The notes beneath the pieces were generated by a model, which was given only the letters and a program-made list of their open reading frames with translations, made no database searches and was not told where the DNA came from. The position numbers and the translations under genes are program-made. From Zygnema circumcarinatum SAG 698-1b (lineage: Eukaryota > Plantae > Zygnematophyceae), in assembly GCA_037447605.1 (NCBI GenBank), contig CM074809.1, positions 2,160,689 to 2,224,688 of the forward strand: DNA of 64,000 nt, given 5' to 3'. Positions within the stretch are counted from its first letter, which is position 1; the number at the start of each line of letters is the position of its first letter. Shown in pieces: positions 11,701-24,000 of this stretch.

Positions 11701-14147
11701 TTGAAACGAGTTGTTAGACTTAACAAAAAGAGTCCAACTATGTCCTACCGTGTTCGGCCCCTTCAGTTTTCCATCCATTCTTCTCCTCTGCATCGCCCAT
11801 TCGTTACTCTCGCGAACTCGTCTCTGTTCTGTTTCACAAAAGAGTCTTAACTGATAAGCGACACTTTTGAAGTTCTAATGCAGCCTCTTCCTGCATGGAA
11901 CGCTGAAGAACCCGAGCCAAGTCTGTTGAAAGTAGAGTGAACTGAGACGGGCAATGGACTCGGGAATGCAGAGGAGGAGTTCCATCAGAGCCTCGATGAG
12001 CTGCTCACTGTACTCGGCCTCACGCAGCCTTTGTACCTTGTCGTGCAGGTCGGCAGCCTCTTCCCTTCCCTCCCCTCTTCTCTTCCCTTCCCTTTCCTCC
12101 ATAGCTTTCCACTAGAATCTCAGGAAAAGGTTGCCACCTGCGGCTCGTCAAGCTGTAGCAAGTGATCACCCGTTGATCACCAATGAAAGGATCGGAGGTG
12201 GCTAATTTCACCTCCCCCTCCTCCTCCTTTAAAAAGACAAATCCTTCCGATGAGTGGGTGTGTCCGCAGGGCTTCGTGTTGGGGAGCTACGGGCTGACGT
12301 GGGCGCTGACGCACGCGGCGCACGTGCGGGCTTTGGCCGTTCTGAACACACCGCTGACGGCGCAAGGCGCGCTGCCCACCGCGCTCTCTCTGCTCAGGTC
12401 CGGGCCGAGCCTCAGGCTCGGGATGGCAGGCATTGGAAGATGGGGTCGCGGCTTTGCAGGAGCATGCATGTGGATGTGTCCCCCGGCAGAGGGGGCATGA
12501 TTTGTTGGGTTGGTCGCTAGGTGAAGTCAGCAGGACAATGAGCGTTTGCAAAGGAAGGGAAAGCTCAGCTCAGCTTACAGAGTTTGCGATGAATGATCGC
12601 CATGAGGTTCACGTCTGATGTGAGGTGGCGGCTTGTTACGCTACTAATGCAGATTGCCTTTTGTTGGGGAGTTCGCATCACAAAATGCAATCCTCGCAGA
12701 GCGATTTGTGGAGAAGGGCAGCCCGTAAGCTTAAGGCTTTCCCTGAACTTTCTTGAGTTGTTGCCTTGCATCTGCCAATTTTGGGCCAGTGTGTTCGACG
12801 ATTGAAGATGCTAGCAAAGGAGAAAGGCTTGCAGCAAAAAGTAACAATTATCAAAGCACATACTTACATCGTTTCTACGTGTTCTGATAAGAAAAAAGGC
12901 CTACTTTTTGCAGATATGTGTTGGAAAATGACGATGCAGATGTTTATCGTCTGCCCTACCTCGATACAAGCGAAGCCGGCTTCTGTGAGTGTCTCCTTCC
13001 GTTTGTGCTCCGTCAGCCTGCACCGCTCTTTATATTTTGGTCTGCCCTTGGCACGTGCGGAGCCCTCAGCGGAGAGACCCTGACGGCGCTGTGGGGGGGC
13101 GGCCAATGGCAGCGCTTTTGGAAACAGCGCGGCGAGCGCCCCTGAAGGAGCTGAGCAGACGCATTCCGGAGGGTTTCGCCGCAGGGAGGTGGGTGCTTGG
13201 AATGGTCGGCAAAGGGCAGAAACATGCCAGATGTCATATAGATGCGCTCCCACATGAACTTTGGATGCAGCACGCTGAACGTAGGGTTCAAAGACAGTCT
13301 TAGGATAAGGGACATGAAACGTTGTTTTATGGCAGTGTGCAAGATTCACTCGAAACAGAAAATAGTACGAGGAAGGTGATATGCTGTGATGGCTACGCCT
13401 TTGGATCCATAAACTGGAATTGCGACAACCTTCGTGAAGTGACAACTTGAGGAGCAACTTCTTGCTTTCTAATTGTCGCTTCCTAAGGGCGGCATTGCCG
13501 GGAGTTGCAGATGGAATGTCCCAACGGTTGTTGCATGGGGCGAAAAGGATCCGTACCTCCCAACATCGGAAGCGACCACATTTGCAGCGGCCAATGCGTC
13601 CAAAATCACAGTCAAACTCTTGGAGGGGGCGGGGCACTTACCTCAGGAGGACTGGTAAGTTGTCGACCTGCCGACCTTTCATTTCCTCGTTCTTTATAAA
13701 AACCCTGATTCGGCAGCGCTCTCTGCATTCTTTTTAGGATCATCAAATGGCATTTTAAGAAACCCGGCAGAGTCAACAGGCTGCTCTTGTGTACAATGTA
13801 TTGCTGCACATGAAGTCCATGGCGAAATACACCATTCTGTGAATATTCGGCTAAGTCCTGTCGTATGACTCCAGCCAGGCAGAGAGTGTTTACTCCCTCT
13901 CGTGTTAACTGCGGGTCACCTTAGGCCTGCTAGAATCCTCCACTTACCACATAAAGCGTAGAGACAGTGACTAGTTGCTGCAGTGTAATGAACGAGAGAA
14001 TACATGATCTGAAATGCAGTACCTTTCTTTGGTCCTGGAACTGCTCGTCCATCTGTCTTAGTCGCAGCTTACAATTGCTTGAAGTCGTGCAGGGCGGAGA
14101 AGGTTGTGGACGCATTGAGCGCACACTTCAAACGAGCGCAGTCGTGA
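8798..14147 (+). CDS. Alpha/beta-hydrolase (haloalkane-dehalogenase-like fold, plant At1g52510-type) with a probable plastid transit peptide, 13 exons, ~390 aa
   Basis: Exons 8798-8832, 9763-9847 (these two less certain), 9985-10143, 10822-10897, 11206-11306, 11471-11564, 11972-12048, 12270-12397, 12653-12724, 12914-12984, 13113-13188, 13511-13654, 14093-14147 (1173 nt). Motifs: FVTDNPSSRSAIQL..PAEDGNLGQM, LFLHGVPTQSYSFR, APDWIGFGLSEKPQPGYGFNY, VVQGFVLGSYGLTWAL, DVYRLPYL, GAGHLPQEDW. Confidence 0.93.
10913..10982. repeat. 20-bp intronic tandem repeat, 3.5 copies
   Basis: ACCATCCTGTAACAAAGTTT repeated exactly. Confidence 0.95.
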
Positions 14148-15017
14148 TAGCAGGCGCGCAGTCTGCTCCGTCTTGGTCAGAACGCGTCACAGGCGAACCG
14201 AATTTATCATTTTGTTTGTTTAAAGGATTGAAATATAGTCTTCAATGTATCCTCAATATAGATGGAGTTTGATAGGCTCGACTTGTGCAGACGGAGTGCC
14301 ATCCTGCAATGCAGTCGTGCCCACGTGCACATGCACATGTTACATGCCGCTTTCACGCCGCACTGCCACATGGGACGAGAAGTCTGCGGAATCACAGGGC
14401 GATGCAGTAAAGCTTAATTGAAGCTATCCTACAACACGACGCGAGTTCTGCCGACGAATTGCAAATTGAAGTCCACGAAACCTTGGACACGCTCCAGCAC
14501 GTCGTCGGGCGAAACTTGAAGGAATACGTTTAATATGGCTTGAAATGAAGTCAAGGTGACTGACCAAGCCATTGCGAGACGGGCGAGCAGCATCCAATGG
14601 ATTGCGTACACTCTTTATGAGCATACAACAGTCCGCCAACGGCTTGAAAGCTCGGCACTCACACTGCAGTCACGAAAGCTCAGAAACCATCACCCTGTCA
14701 CATGTGCTCAGTTACCTAAATCCGGTGTTGTACACTAGTACATGAACCAACTGCATGCATAGAAACGAAGCTAATGCTACCGTACAAGGAGTTGTACACA
14801 ATGCTCCTTCTGTAAACGGGAGAAAATCGGCATTCCGTGGAAACACATGCATAATGATCGGTAACCGAAATCCTTTGGAAAAAGTTCTCAAACCTACCGG
14901 AAAATTCATGGCGACACATTCAACATTCTGGCTGATAAACTTTGGCTGACGGCATTTCCCTGTGAATTGTTTACTGCCACGGTCTCTAAAGCTTAGTTCA
15001 GGAGACTAGGTTCACTA

Positions 15018-18000
15018 TCATCTGTGCCGATCCCTATGAGGCTTCTTCCTGGGTTTCTCCTCATCCCACACTTCGTCTCTTCCACTCCCCCGATACGACT
15101 GATCCTCGTCCCTTCCCCCAGTCCTTGATGCCTTTCCATGCACCCGCACCCCAGAATTTTTGCCAGACAATGCCTCTGCCACGTCATCATATCCACTGCG
15201 CCGTCCCCCACCCCCAAGCTCTTCTCTGTTCCCAAGCAGCTCCACTCTGCCAGGCACTTCTCCCTTCCTCCGCTCATCTCGCCCATCAAACTGGCCTTGC
15301 ATGGATACACTTCCAGAGCCACCCGTCAGTGAAGCATAGCCCCCGGCCCCAGAAGGTGAATCTCCTGCGGCGCCCCCAAAGTCACCTCTCTTTAGCTTTC
15401 GGCGCTTCGATTGACTGGCTGCTGCCTCTTTCTCCTCTTCTTCCTTTGCTATAGTGGCTGCTAAGGCTGCCTCCTGTATGCGGATTTTTTCCGCCCGTTC
15501 GCTCGCTCGCTCTCGCTCCCGCGTCAAACGTTCCAGCTGCAGGCAAGAAGCAAAAGATAGAGGTCAAACCAGAATGCTTCCCCTTCGAGGAACAATCATC
15601 CTATGCCATCTGCCAGGTGAAATACTTCGTTTTTTAAACAGAAGCAATGATCTCGCAACATTGCATCTCAGCGGCCACACAAGCAAATTTGTGCCTTGGC
15701 TGCTCAAAACCTGGGGACACTTTGCAGGTTTGAAGTGGTGAGAAGTACACCAACGGAAGGTTCCTGCAACAAGTCAACTCTCTCTTCTGTCTTGCAATAT
15801 ACCTATTTCTTCTCGTATTTCACAATTAATGACAAGTAGACACTACCATAGACCTCTCAGCCCAAACTTAATACAACTTCCACTTTCGCCTTTATGGACG
15901 TTCAGAACGCTTTCTCCTAGCCGTGCATATTCCCCGCTGCAAAGTATTTGCAATGTTCATGTTAACTTTCTAGAATTCCTTCATTTCCTGAAGGAATCTT
16001 CACAAAAGCATTGTTAACTCCGGAAAACGTCCAAAAGACCCTTCATTCCCATGCTGGGTGCATTGTGCACAACCCACAGGGCAATGCCAATAAAGTGACC
16101 TGGAGCAGAATTCTCACAGAATTAAACAAAACGCAAAAAGTGCTCTCCAGTGACTCTATCCTTTACTTTCTTGCCATTTCCAAGCCCACCTTCTGACTAG
16201 CAGACGAAGGTGCATCCTCCCGCCGACTTCGCTCCCTCGCACCATCATCCTCCCCAACAATCCTGCGTCTCTCAAGCCCTTCCTCTACTCCTCGTCCCTC
16301 TCCCTCCTCACTTATCATCCATCTCCTCTCTCCTCCCAAAGGGGACGTTTTTCTCACCTCGCGGACCGCCCCTCGTGTTCCTTTCCTGTCAGAATCGGTC
16401 TCCACTCTTCGCCCCACAGTGGACGGTGTTACATGAGGCTGAATGGGAGGAGGAGGAGGAAGTTCTCTCCCAGCCGCTTGCATGGGAAAACGGTCATCTA
16501 GGTGGGCCTGCTCTGCAATCTCGCTAAAGCGGGTGGCACCATGTCGACCTTCGACCTTCATTTCCTTGCCCAACCCCCTATCTCTTGGACTCGCTCTCTC
16601 TTCCTTGGAATGTCGCTCATATCCACGGTCCACCTGTGCCTCCTCGACTATCCTCCTGTCAAACTTTTCCCACCTATCCCCCAACGCCTTTTCTCCAACC
16701 CTGTCACTAACAGTGTCCCCCCTCTCAACTTTGTCTGACCGCTCAGCTTCCAACATTCTTTCACGTCCCCTTTCCAAAACTCGATCTCCTCTATCGAACC
16801 TCTCATCCAGTCTGCTATCCATCCCTTTCTCAGACAAGCGAAAATCTTGTCCACCAGCCCTTTCTGGGCCCTTTCCATCACCTCGCATCACTTCACCCCT
16901 CTCCCACCTCCCATCTACACTCCTCGCATCTTGACGTCCCTCAGGTATCCTCACCACCTCCCCGGGTTCCATGCTCCCCTCCATCTTTCGAGATCGTTTG
17001 ATCGCCCAATCGATCCCTTCCTCTCCGCTTGGAGGCCCTCGCTTTGAAACTCGTTCTTTGAGTCCTCCTCCGTCATTCAATGGACTCTGGCCACCATGTG
17101 GCTGTTCTTCACGATATGGTGATCTTGAAGTAGGCCTTAGTTTGCTGTGAGGCCCAAGGGTCCTTGTTTCTCCATCGAAGTTTTCTCCTCTTTCCCAATC
17201 CTTCTCCACGATTTTCATCTCTCCTCGTGTTCCAATATTTCCTTTCTCTCCCAATCTACCGCCAACAGCGGCCGCTTCCTGCCCCCTGCCTCCAATCCTG
17301 CTGGAAATTGACCCTCCTCCTCTTCCTCCCCCAAGTTGGCGTAGCTCCGCTTGAGCCTTCTTCTCTACTGGCAAAGGTCCTCGGCTATTTATAGACGCAT
17401 TCCGACCAGCATTTGAGCTGCTCCCAATGGGAGTGCCCACTGCAGCTGCAGCCCCCCCCTGCCTGATGTCCCCGTCTATGGACACTACTGGCGAAACCCT
17501 AGAGGGTGCAGGAGATGGTGCAACAGGGGTCATGGAAGCCCTAGCGAGCTGAGTTGTGGCTGATGAGCTGCTTCGCTTTTGTGATTCTTCCTTCTGCACT
17601 GCAATTTCCCCAACCTCTGCCTTTCCCAAACTAGGTCTTTGGCCAAAAACTGTCGGCGGTGTCAACTCAATCCCTGCAGCCATACCTGCAGCGGATGACG
17701 CAGGAACAGACGCACCATCCTCTGATTTTGATGGAGGACGTGTCACCGAATTCTCTCCCTTTACAGTTGCTTGCGATTGGGGCCGAGGAGCCCCCCTTGT
17801 GGGTCCTTGTGTCTGTCCAGTCCTCCCTTGCCCAGTCCCACCTCCCCTCGTGCCCCCCCCTCCACTTGATGCAGAGACTTCCCCTAAACTCCCTGCACTG
17901 CTAGGGGGGGCAACAGACCTGACTCTGCCCTCCCCAGCAGCTGCTCCTCCCCCAGTCACTCCCCCATGCTGAACCCTTCCCGTAGAACCCCCCGGCCCAC

Positions 18001-21000
18001 TGGCAACCCTGCCTTCGGATGCCACATTGGCAACACCGCCTGATTTTGCCCCTCCTTGCTGCGGGGGTTTCGTCGAACCTCCCGCAGCAGCCAATGCAGT
18101 AGGAGTGGACGATGATGGGGTGTTCAACGGGCCTCCCTTCGGAACAGCTGACATCGTTACGGCAGGAGAACCTACTGCTTCTCCCGTTGGCTTGAAGGGA
18201 GCTGCGGCAGCATTCAGAGGTCGGACGGGGGTTACAACAGTCCGACTTGAAGGACTGTCTGCTTTAGGAAGAGCAGACGCATTTGGTCGAATAGCGTTGC
18301 CTTCAGCCTTCCCACTTGGTGTCGGTGTGCGTGCAGGGGGGGGGGGCTTGGAGGTGGAGGAGGGAGTCTGCCCACTGCCAGAACCACTAGCAGTCCCCCC
18401 TGCTTTCTCTGCCGGCCCACCAGGGAGGGTCGGAGCTGAAGGGGTTGCTTGGGGTGGAGGGAGGGAGGGAGGAGCGGCGGAGGAGGGATGGGGGAGGGCG
18501 GCGGCCGGTGGGAGAGGGACAAGGGGAGGGACGGCCGAGGGAGCAGCAGGGGCAGGGGAAGGAGTAGAGGAGGAAGGGGGGGGGGCTTTTGTGGAGACTG
18601 AAGGCAGCTTGGGGGCAGTAGGCTTTGCGGAAGGGGGAGGCGCACCTCCAAACTCTTCGTCTGACACCCACGATGACTGCAATTGCGTACAAATCACAGG
18701 TTACATGCGAGAAAAAGCGTACGCAAAAACAATCAATGAAGAAGATGTTGCTCGAGCCCAAAAGGAGTAGAGAAAGAGGGAAGGAATATACGAGAACATT
18801 AAGGCTCAAGCCACCCGAAGCCCATTAAATTCAGGTGGAGGAAGCTCAAGCACACAGGCTCACCAACATGCGTCAAAATTGCTTCGAACAGACGATGACA
18901 AGAATATCTGTGTTCGAGACTTACCAATGACAGTCACTTTCCCTCTGTACATGGGTTGCTAGTGATGGGGTCATAGCAGTTAGCAAAACATACAATCTCT
19001 GAAGTGCCAGTCATGAGTGACTCCTGTCCTATATGCATTTTATGGAAAGCAGTGATCACCCACATCTGAAGCTAATGATGTTACCTTTCTTGCTGCCAAA
19101 GCTGCGGATACACTTGTTGCGAGCAAACTCAAATCCTGCCTCTCCTCCCCTCGCAATTTTTGTACCTGAACCCAATTATTGCGAAGCTGTATAAAATTGC
19201 AGACAAACTTCTTACACCAGGCAACCAGGAGGTATTAAACTCCAAGTCAGCCTCCTGCACGTTACACATACCGCGTAACATACAAGGGTTCCCCAGAAAT
19301 GATATGTGTGTGCTCTTTGCTAGCTTAAGGTCAAATTGGAGTCAAATCTTACTCTTTTGTCAATCCACACCCCGCTCTTACGCGTGGCAGGAAACTGAGG
19401 CACAATTTTGGAGAGTACAATGAGTGCATTTCGTATGTCCATGTATTCGGTCGACTCCAGTGCAGTCGTCAATACCTTGACCAGTTTACCATTCCATTTC
19501 CAATTGATCTGCACCTCGGTCGATTCCCAGAATGGTGAATCCTCCAGTAGGAACGGGAAACTGGATACTCACATATGTCATTCTGATGGGAGCACAAAGC
19601 TGAAGAAAAGAGAACCAAGACCGAACAGAACTGTCCTAAAACTATGCTCTACTAAACAACACTAATAAGCCCCACTGACAGCTATTGGGACAAGCCTTAG
19701 TCCCTAGCATTGTGAAACAATGTTGACGCAAGTAATGTAAAGCATATTGACCAGGTCATTTGTACTTACAAAGTACAAAATAAAACTTTATGGCGATTCA
19801 CATGGAATATTTCTGCCATCTTTGTCTCTGCTTGGGCTTAGATAACGATGACTTGGATAACTCATTTAACTAAGGGTCACGACGAGTGTCGATTTATCAC
19901 TTCACTATTGTAAATGGTGCTGAGTCTCCATAAGCGCTATTCAACCCAGTGGCTCGAGAAAGAGAGAGAGGCATAACTGACCTTCCTGAACTGTGAAAAG
20001 GTCATCCCGGCGGCGTTTTTAAATCCCGAGGCAAAGCCGGGCTTTGACTGACATTCACGTTCGTAAAGAGCCTCATCGCTCTGCTTGTTTCATGTCCCCC
20101 CCCCAATAGTCGACGTAAGTAACTTTCAAAAAGATCGACGGCCCAGCTCCTTCCCATGCAAACCAAAAATGCTGCAGAAGCTTGGCACCAAAATAGGAAT
20201 TGCATGTGGAAGTTTTGAGTTCCTGGAAAACCCTCCATAATCCTTCCGACTAAGTTACGGCGCATGCAAAAGCCAATTCTTACAAACAGAAGGATTGAAT
20301 GTGTTCAGCCAAGGGATTAGACTTGGATGAAGGAAAGACCAGCCAAAATGACCATCGAACTTCCTCCTCCCTCCAACCAATAGACATTTTGTGCTGGTTA
20401 TTATTGTACAGAAGGTCGCGCAAACGACGGACTTCTTGTATTACTGTAGCAAACCTACGAAACAGCCTTCTGACAAAGAAACGCAGTTTCAAGCCAAGCA
20501 CATACCTCAGCCTTCCCAGGTTCCCTACCTTCCAACGGTGAACCAGAATGAGAATTTCGCTAAGGAACCGTCCAAGCCTCTTTGCTTCAGCATCAGTGCA
20601 GCAGCAGAGCAGGCCGTGAAGACTTCTACAGATGAAATTGTCAACTCCCATCACCACATTGAAATAGGGCGTTGCGAGCTCGTGCAGCTTCTGTATGAAC
20701 CTGCTTCCGCCCCCTCCCCCCCCAGCATCGCTCCCCTTGTGAGCGCAGCCCGAGAATTTTCCCCCCCCATACCCCCATACCCCCATACCCCCATACCCCC
20801 ATACCCCCATACCCCCTACCCCCTACCCCCTGCCCCCTACCCCCTACCCCCTACCCCCTACCCCCATACCCCCATACCCCCTACCCCCTACCCCCTGCCC
20901 CCTACCCCCTACCCCCATACCCCCATACCCCCATACCCCCATACCCCCCATACCCCCCATACCCCCCTACCCCCCTACCCCCCTACCCCCCTACCCCCCT

Positions 21001-24000
21001 ACCCCCTACCCCCATACCCCCATACCCCCATGCCCCCTACCCCCTACCCCCTACCCCCTACCCCCATACCCCCATACCCCCATACCCCCATAACACCCCT
21101 ACCCCCATACCCCCCTACCCCCATACCCCCATACCCCCATACCCCCATACCCCCATACCCCCATACCCCCATACCCACATACCCCCATCCCCACATACCC
21201 CCCTACCCCCCTACCTCGCGCAGTAGAGCGCGTCCTGCGCGCTGAGCAGCGCGCGGGGGAGGACGCAGCGGTGCACGAACTGCGGCATCGTCTGCCACCA
21301 GTCGCGCGCGCGGGCGAGCCACGTGTCCTTCTCACGTGCGAGGCGCTGCGCCACGCTCGCCACGTGGCGCTCCTGCGCGCGCTGCTCCGCGTCCAGACTG
21401 CGCTGCGCCTCCTGGAGACGCTCCTTCTCCTTCTTGCGCTTCTGCACGCGTTTGCAGCCACAAGATTAGGTTTGGTATTCAAAGGCGCTACTGTGTGCTC
21501 GAAGAGATTTACACACAAAGGAGACAAGCAATCGCAAGAACAGTTTTTCCAGCATTTGCCATGCGAAGGAAAACCAGAATCGGTGCTAGACTCCCATCTT
21601 GGGGGCATCGCAACTGAGAAAGGTTAAGAAGAAGGAGATGTTGGGTGTTGGGAGGGAGGCTGTTCTACTGTGGAGTGGCTAACCTGAATAGCCACACTGG
21701 AATTGTCTTGGTTGGTCTCCAACACTGTGAGCGCGTCCTTGAGCTTCTTCTGCTCGGCTGCATAGGAGTCTGCCGGCACGTGCAGGTCCCCGAGCTGCAG
21801 TCCCCAGAAGACGAGGTACAGCTCCGGGCTGATGCCCGCCCAGGCCTCCTCGGGGAGGATGGACCGGACCGTCCCCACAAGGTGCTCCCATCTGCAATTC
21901 GCAGTCAAGGGACTTGTGGGTCAAGAGAGTTGTAGCTCAATGGAGTTGTAGGTCAAGAGAGTTGTAGGTCTTAAGGCTTCGTTGGATTTGGGGTCTTCAA
22001 TCTGAGGACAGTTCTATATCACAGGCAATGCAGGAATTCTGAAGCTATCGTACCAGAAAAGAGACCAATAGGCCGAAGGACTTGCGATCAACAAACAGGG
22101 AGGCTCTAACTATTCATTTGGTTCAGAAAGAAAGACAAAATATTCTGAAAATTTAGTTGCTGGTCGCTGGTTAAATCGAAAGCCTAACACATCAGTGGAA
22201 CCCAAGTTCCAACGAGCAGAAGGGATGCTGACAGATTTCTAAAACGATCAATCAGAATTGATCGCTTGAAGGTGCCATGATGGTCCAATCAATGGATCCA
22301 AACGCACAGCATTGGATCCATCCAAACAGAGATCCATTGGCCTGAGTTGGCTTCTCCTTACTTTCATGCATTACCTTCCCAATTTCCGTAGCAAGCCTCT
22401 GCCCCGCACTCTCCACCAAGATGGAAGTGGCTAACAGACCCCTACCTATCCTCAAGACTCCCATCTTCGCTAGCAAAGATTGTCTGACGTAGGGAGTTTC
22501 CACACACTCACAAGAGAATTCGGCCCTGACCTAGACTCCATAATCCTGAATATTTCAACAGATCTATGAATTGAGCCATACAAATGTTGCCTTCTGGTAT
22601 TAAGTAAACATGAACGACATGGGACCTTCTCCGGAAGAAAATCCGCACCACCTTATGGCGCTAATTCTCACCAAAATCATTTACGTGCAAACTTACGTGA
22701 CAGGTGGACTCCTTTCGCCGGCTGAACCAAGGTCGAGTGTCAAGTTCTCTTCAGGCACAGTAGCCTTCCCTGCATTGTCCTTCAACAACATTGCGGCCGA
22801 CTGCTTCCTGTTGCCTATCTCCTTCACCTCCTCGCCGCTCCCATCCTTTCCCGTCTCCTTATATTTAGAGACTTCTTTTCCCGCCTTCCCATGGCCATTC
22901 GCTTCCGCGGGTGCGCCGCCCTGCGATGGGAGGGAGGGCCATGCGGAGGCAGCCCCTCGGTGCGGCTTGAAGAGGCGGAGAACAGGCCGGTAAATCAGGA
23001 AGGCGACCTGCAAAGCTCGCATTCGCCAAAGAGGTTTTAGGCTTCTATCACCTGTCACGCTCATCAGAACAGATTTCTCCAAACTTGAGGTTTCTTGGGG
23101 CTAGTCTCACTTCTGACATTTTGAAACAGTTACATTCTGGCATCAGATAATAGACGGGTTCTAATGCATGTCCCCTTGCAATGCTCAACAAGGTGAGTTT
23201 CTTGCAACCTTCACCGCTTAGGCTGCATATGCCAACGCGACTGAGCATGAGCACGCCTACTTGATGGCAGCACCAATCACATCGAACAGCAACTAAGTCG
23301 ACAAGCTATACTGCAGCCTCGTTCAGCTTATGAAAACTTCAAGACTTGTATTTCTTCCCTTCCTACTACCTCGGCTACATGAATGCACGACATAAAACCT
23401 TAAACACACCTCCGGTGGTAGGTGGTAGACGTTAACGAGGTCATAGAGAGAGGGTACAAGCTGCGCATAGGCAGTGCTGGGAGTCACTGCCAGCGTCAGA
23501 AACTCCACATACTGCAGAAGAGTGGCATGGCAGCGGTCCAACTGCTCGCCGACGAGCTTTATGTGGGGAGCCGATGATGCCATAACAATGCTGCAAAACA
23601 CAACCGATGAAATAGGCGTGACGACATGCACTCAAAGGATCAATAAATCATGAAGGAGACTATTCCAGTAGCCAACCTTCCTTAATAATGACCAAAAAAT
23701 AAATAAAGATAACGTGCAATTCGCTGCTGTGAATGACCAGAATGGAAGTATAGGTGATGCGAGTTTGTAGCAACTCTCACTTGGTCCGCTGCTGCGCAAT
23801 GAGGATGAGCAGAGGCAAAGCCACTCCCGCCTCGTCGCGAGGGAGGAGAGCCTCCCTCAGCCGCTCTCTGTGCTTGGCCAGAGCGCTGGCCTGACCCAAA
23901 TTCCACCCATCCCACCACTTGTCAACATCTATGAACCCCACCATAGTTTAACATTTTGTGACTAAGCCACTCCACTTCATGTTTCACATCCTCAGCTGCT

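Noticed and set aside
16210-18770. Several long + strand ORFs over the large THO2 exon (similar shadows over copia pol and other exons)
   Set aside because: Antisense shadows of GC-rich or low-complexity coding sequence with no independent motifs.
20391-21245. Extensin-like PPYPHTP ORF on +
   Set aside because: It is the antisense translation of the G-rich THO2 intron repeat and the flanking exon.
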